Of a stretch of 64,000 nucleotides of DNA, positions 63,979 to 64,000 are shown piece by piece (position 1 is the stretch's first letter; each line of letters starts with the position of its first letter). The notes beneath the pieces were generated by a model. The model saw only the letters and a program-made list of their open reading frames with translations, did no database searches and had not been told where the DNA came from. Source of the stretch: Mobula hypostoma (taxonomy: Eukaryota); NCBI RefSeq assembly GCF_963921235.1, contig NC_086097.1, forward strand, positions 5,518,001-5,582,000. The letters run 5' to 3'. A program made the translations under genes and the position numbers.

Positions 63979-64000
63979 AAGTCATGTCTTCTCGTACTAG

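Overview
Repeat-saturated eukaryotic DNA, probably intronic or intergenic. The repeat repertoire (V-SINE/HE1-like SINEs, abundant CR1, Rex1/Babar, RTE, Penelope/Poseidon) suggests a cartilaginous fish such as a ray or shark; this is inferred, not proven. I could not identify a host protein-coding gene, and there are no rRNA, tRNA or CRISPR loci. Nearly every long ORF is a transposon ORF or an antisense shadow of one. Main content: (1) At least 7 young Penelope-like (RT + GIY-YIG) insertions, each with a minimal hammerhead ribozyme motif (degenerate in some) near the 3' end and an 11-14 bp target-site duplication (TSD). Three are head-to-head inverted dimers inside a single TSD, and in each one arm has a ~38-nt 3' tail that the other lacks. 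(2) Two internally deleted Gypsy LTR elements, one with Gmr1-like domain order nested in the inverted 5' segment of an RTE. (3) Academ-, Chapaev-like-, piggyBac-, hAT-, Tc1- and Harbinger-type DNA transposon derivatives. (4) At the right end, a duplicated unit of a Harbinger derivative plus a 20-bp satellite with higher-order structure. Family names come from motif recognition, not database searches.
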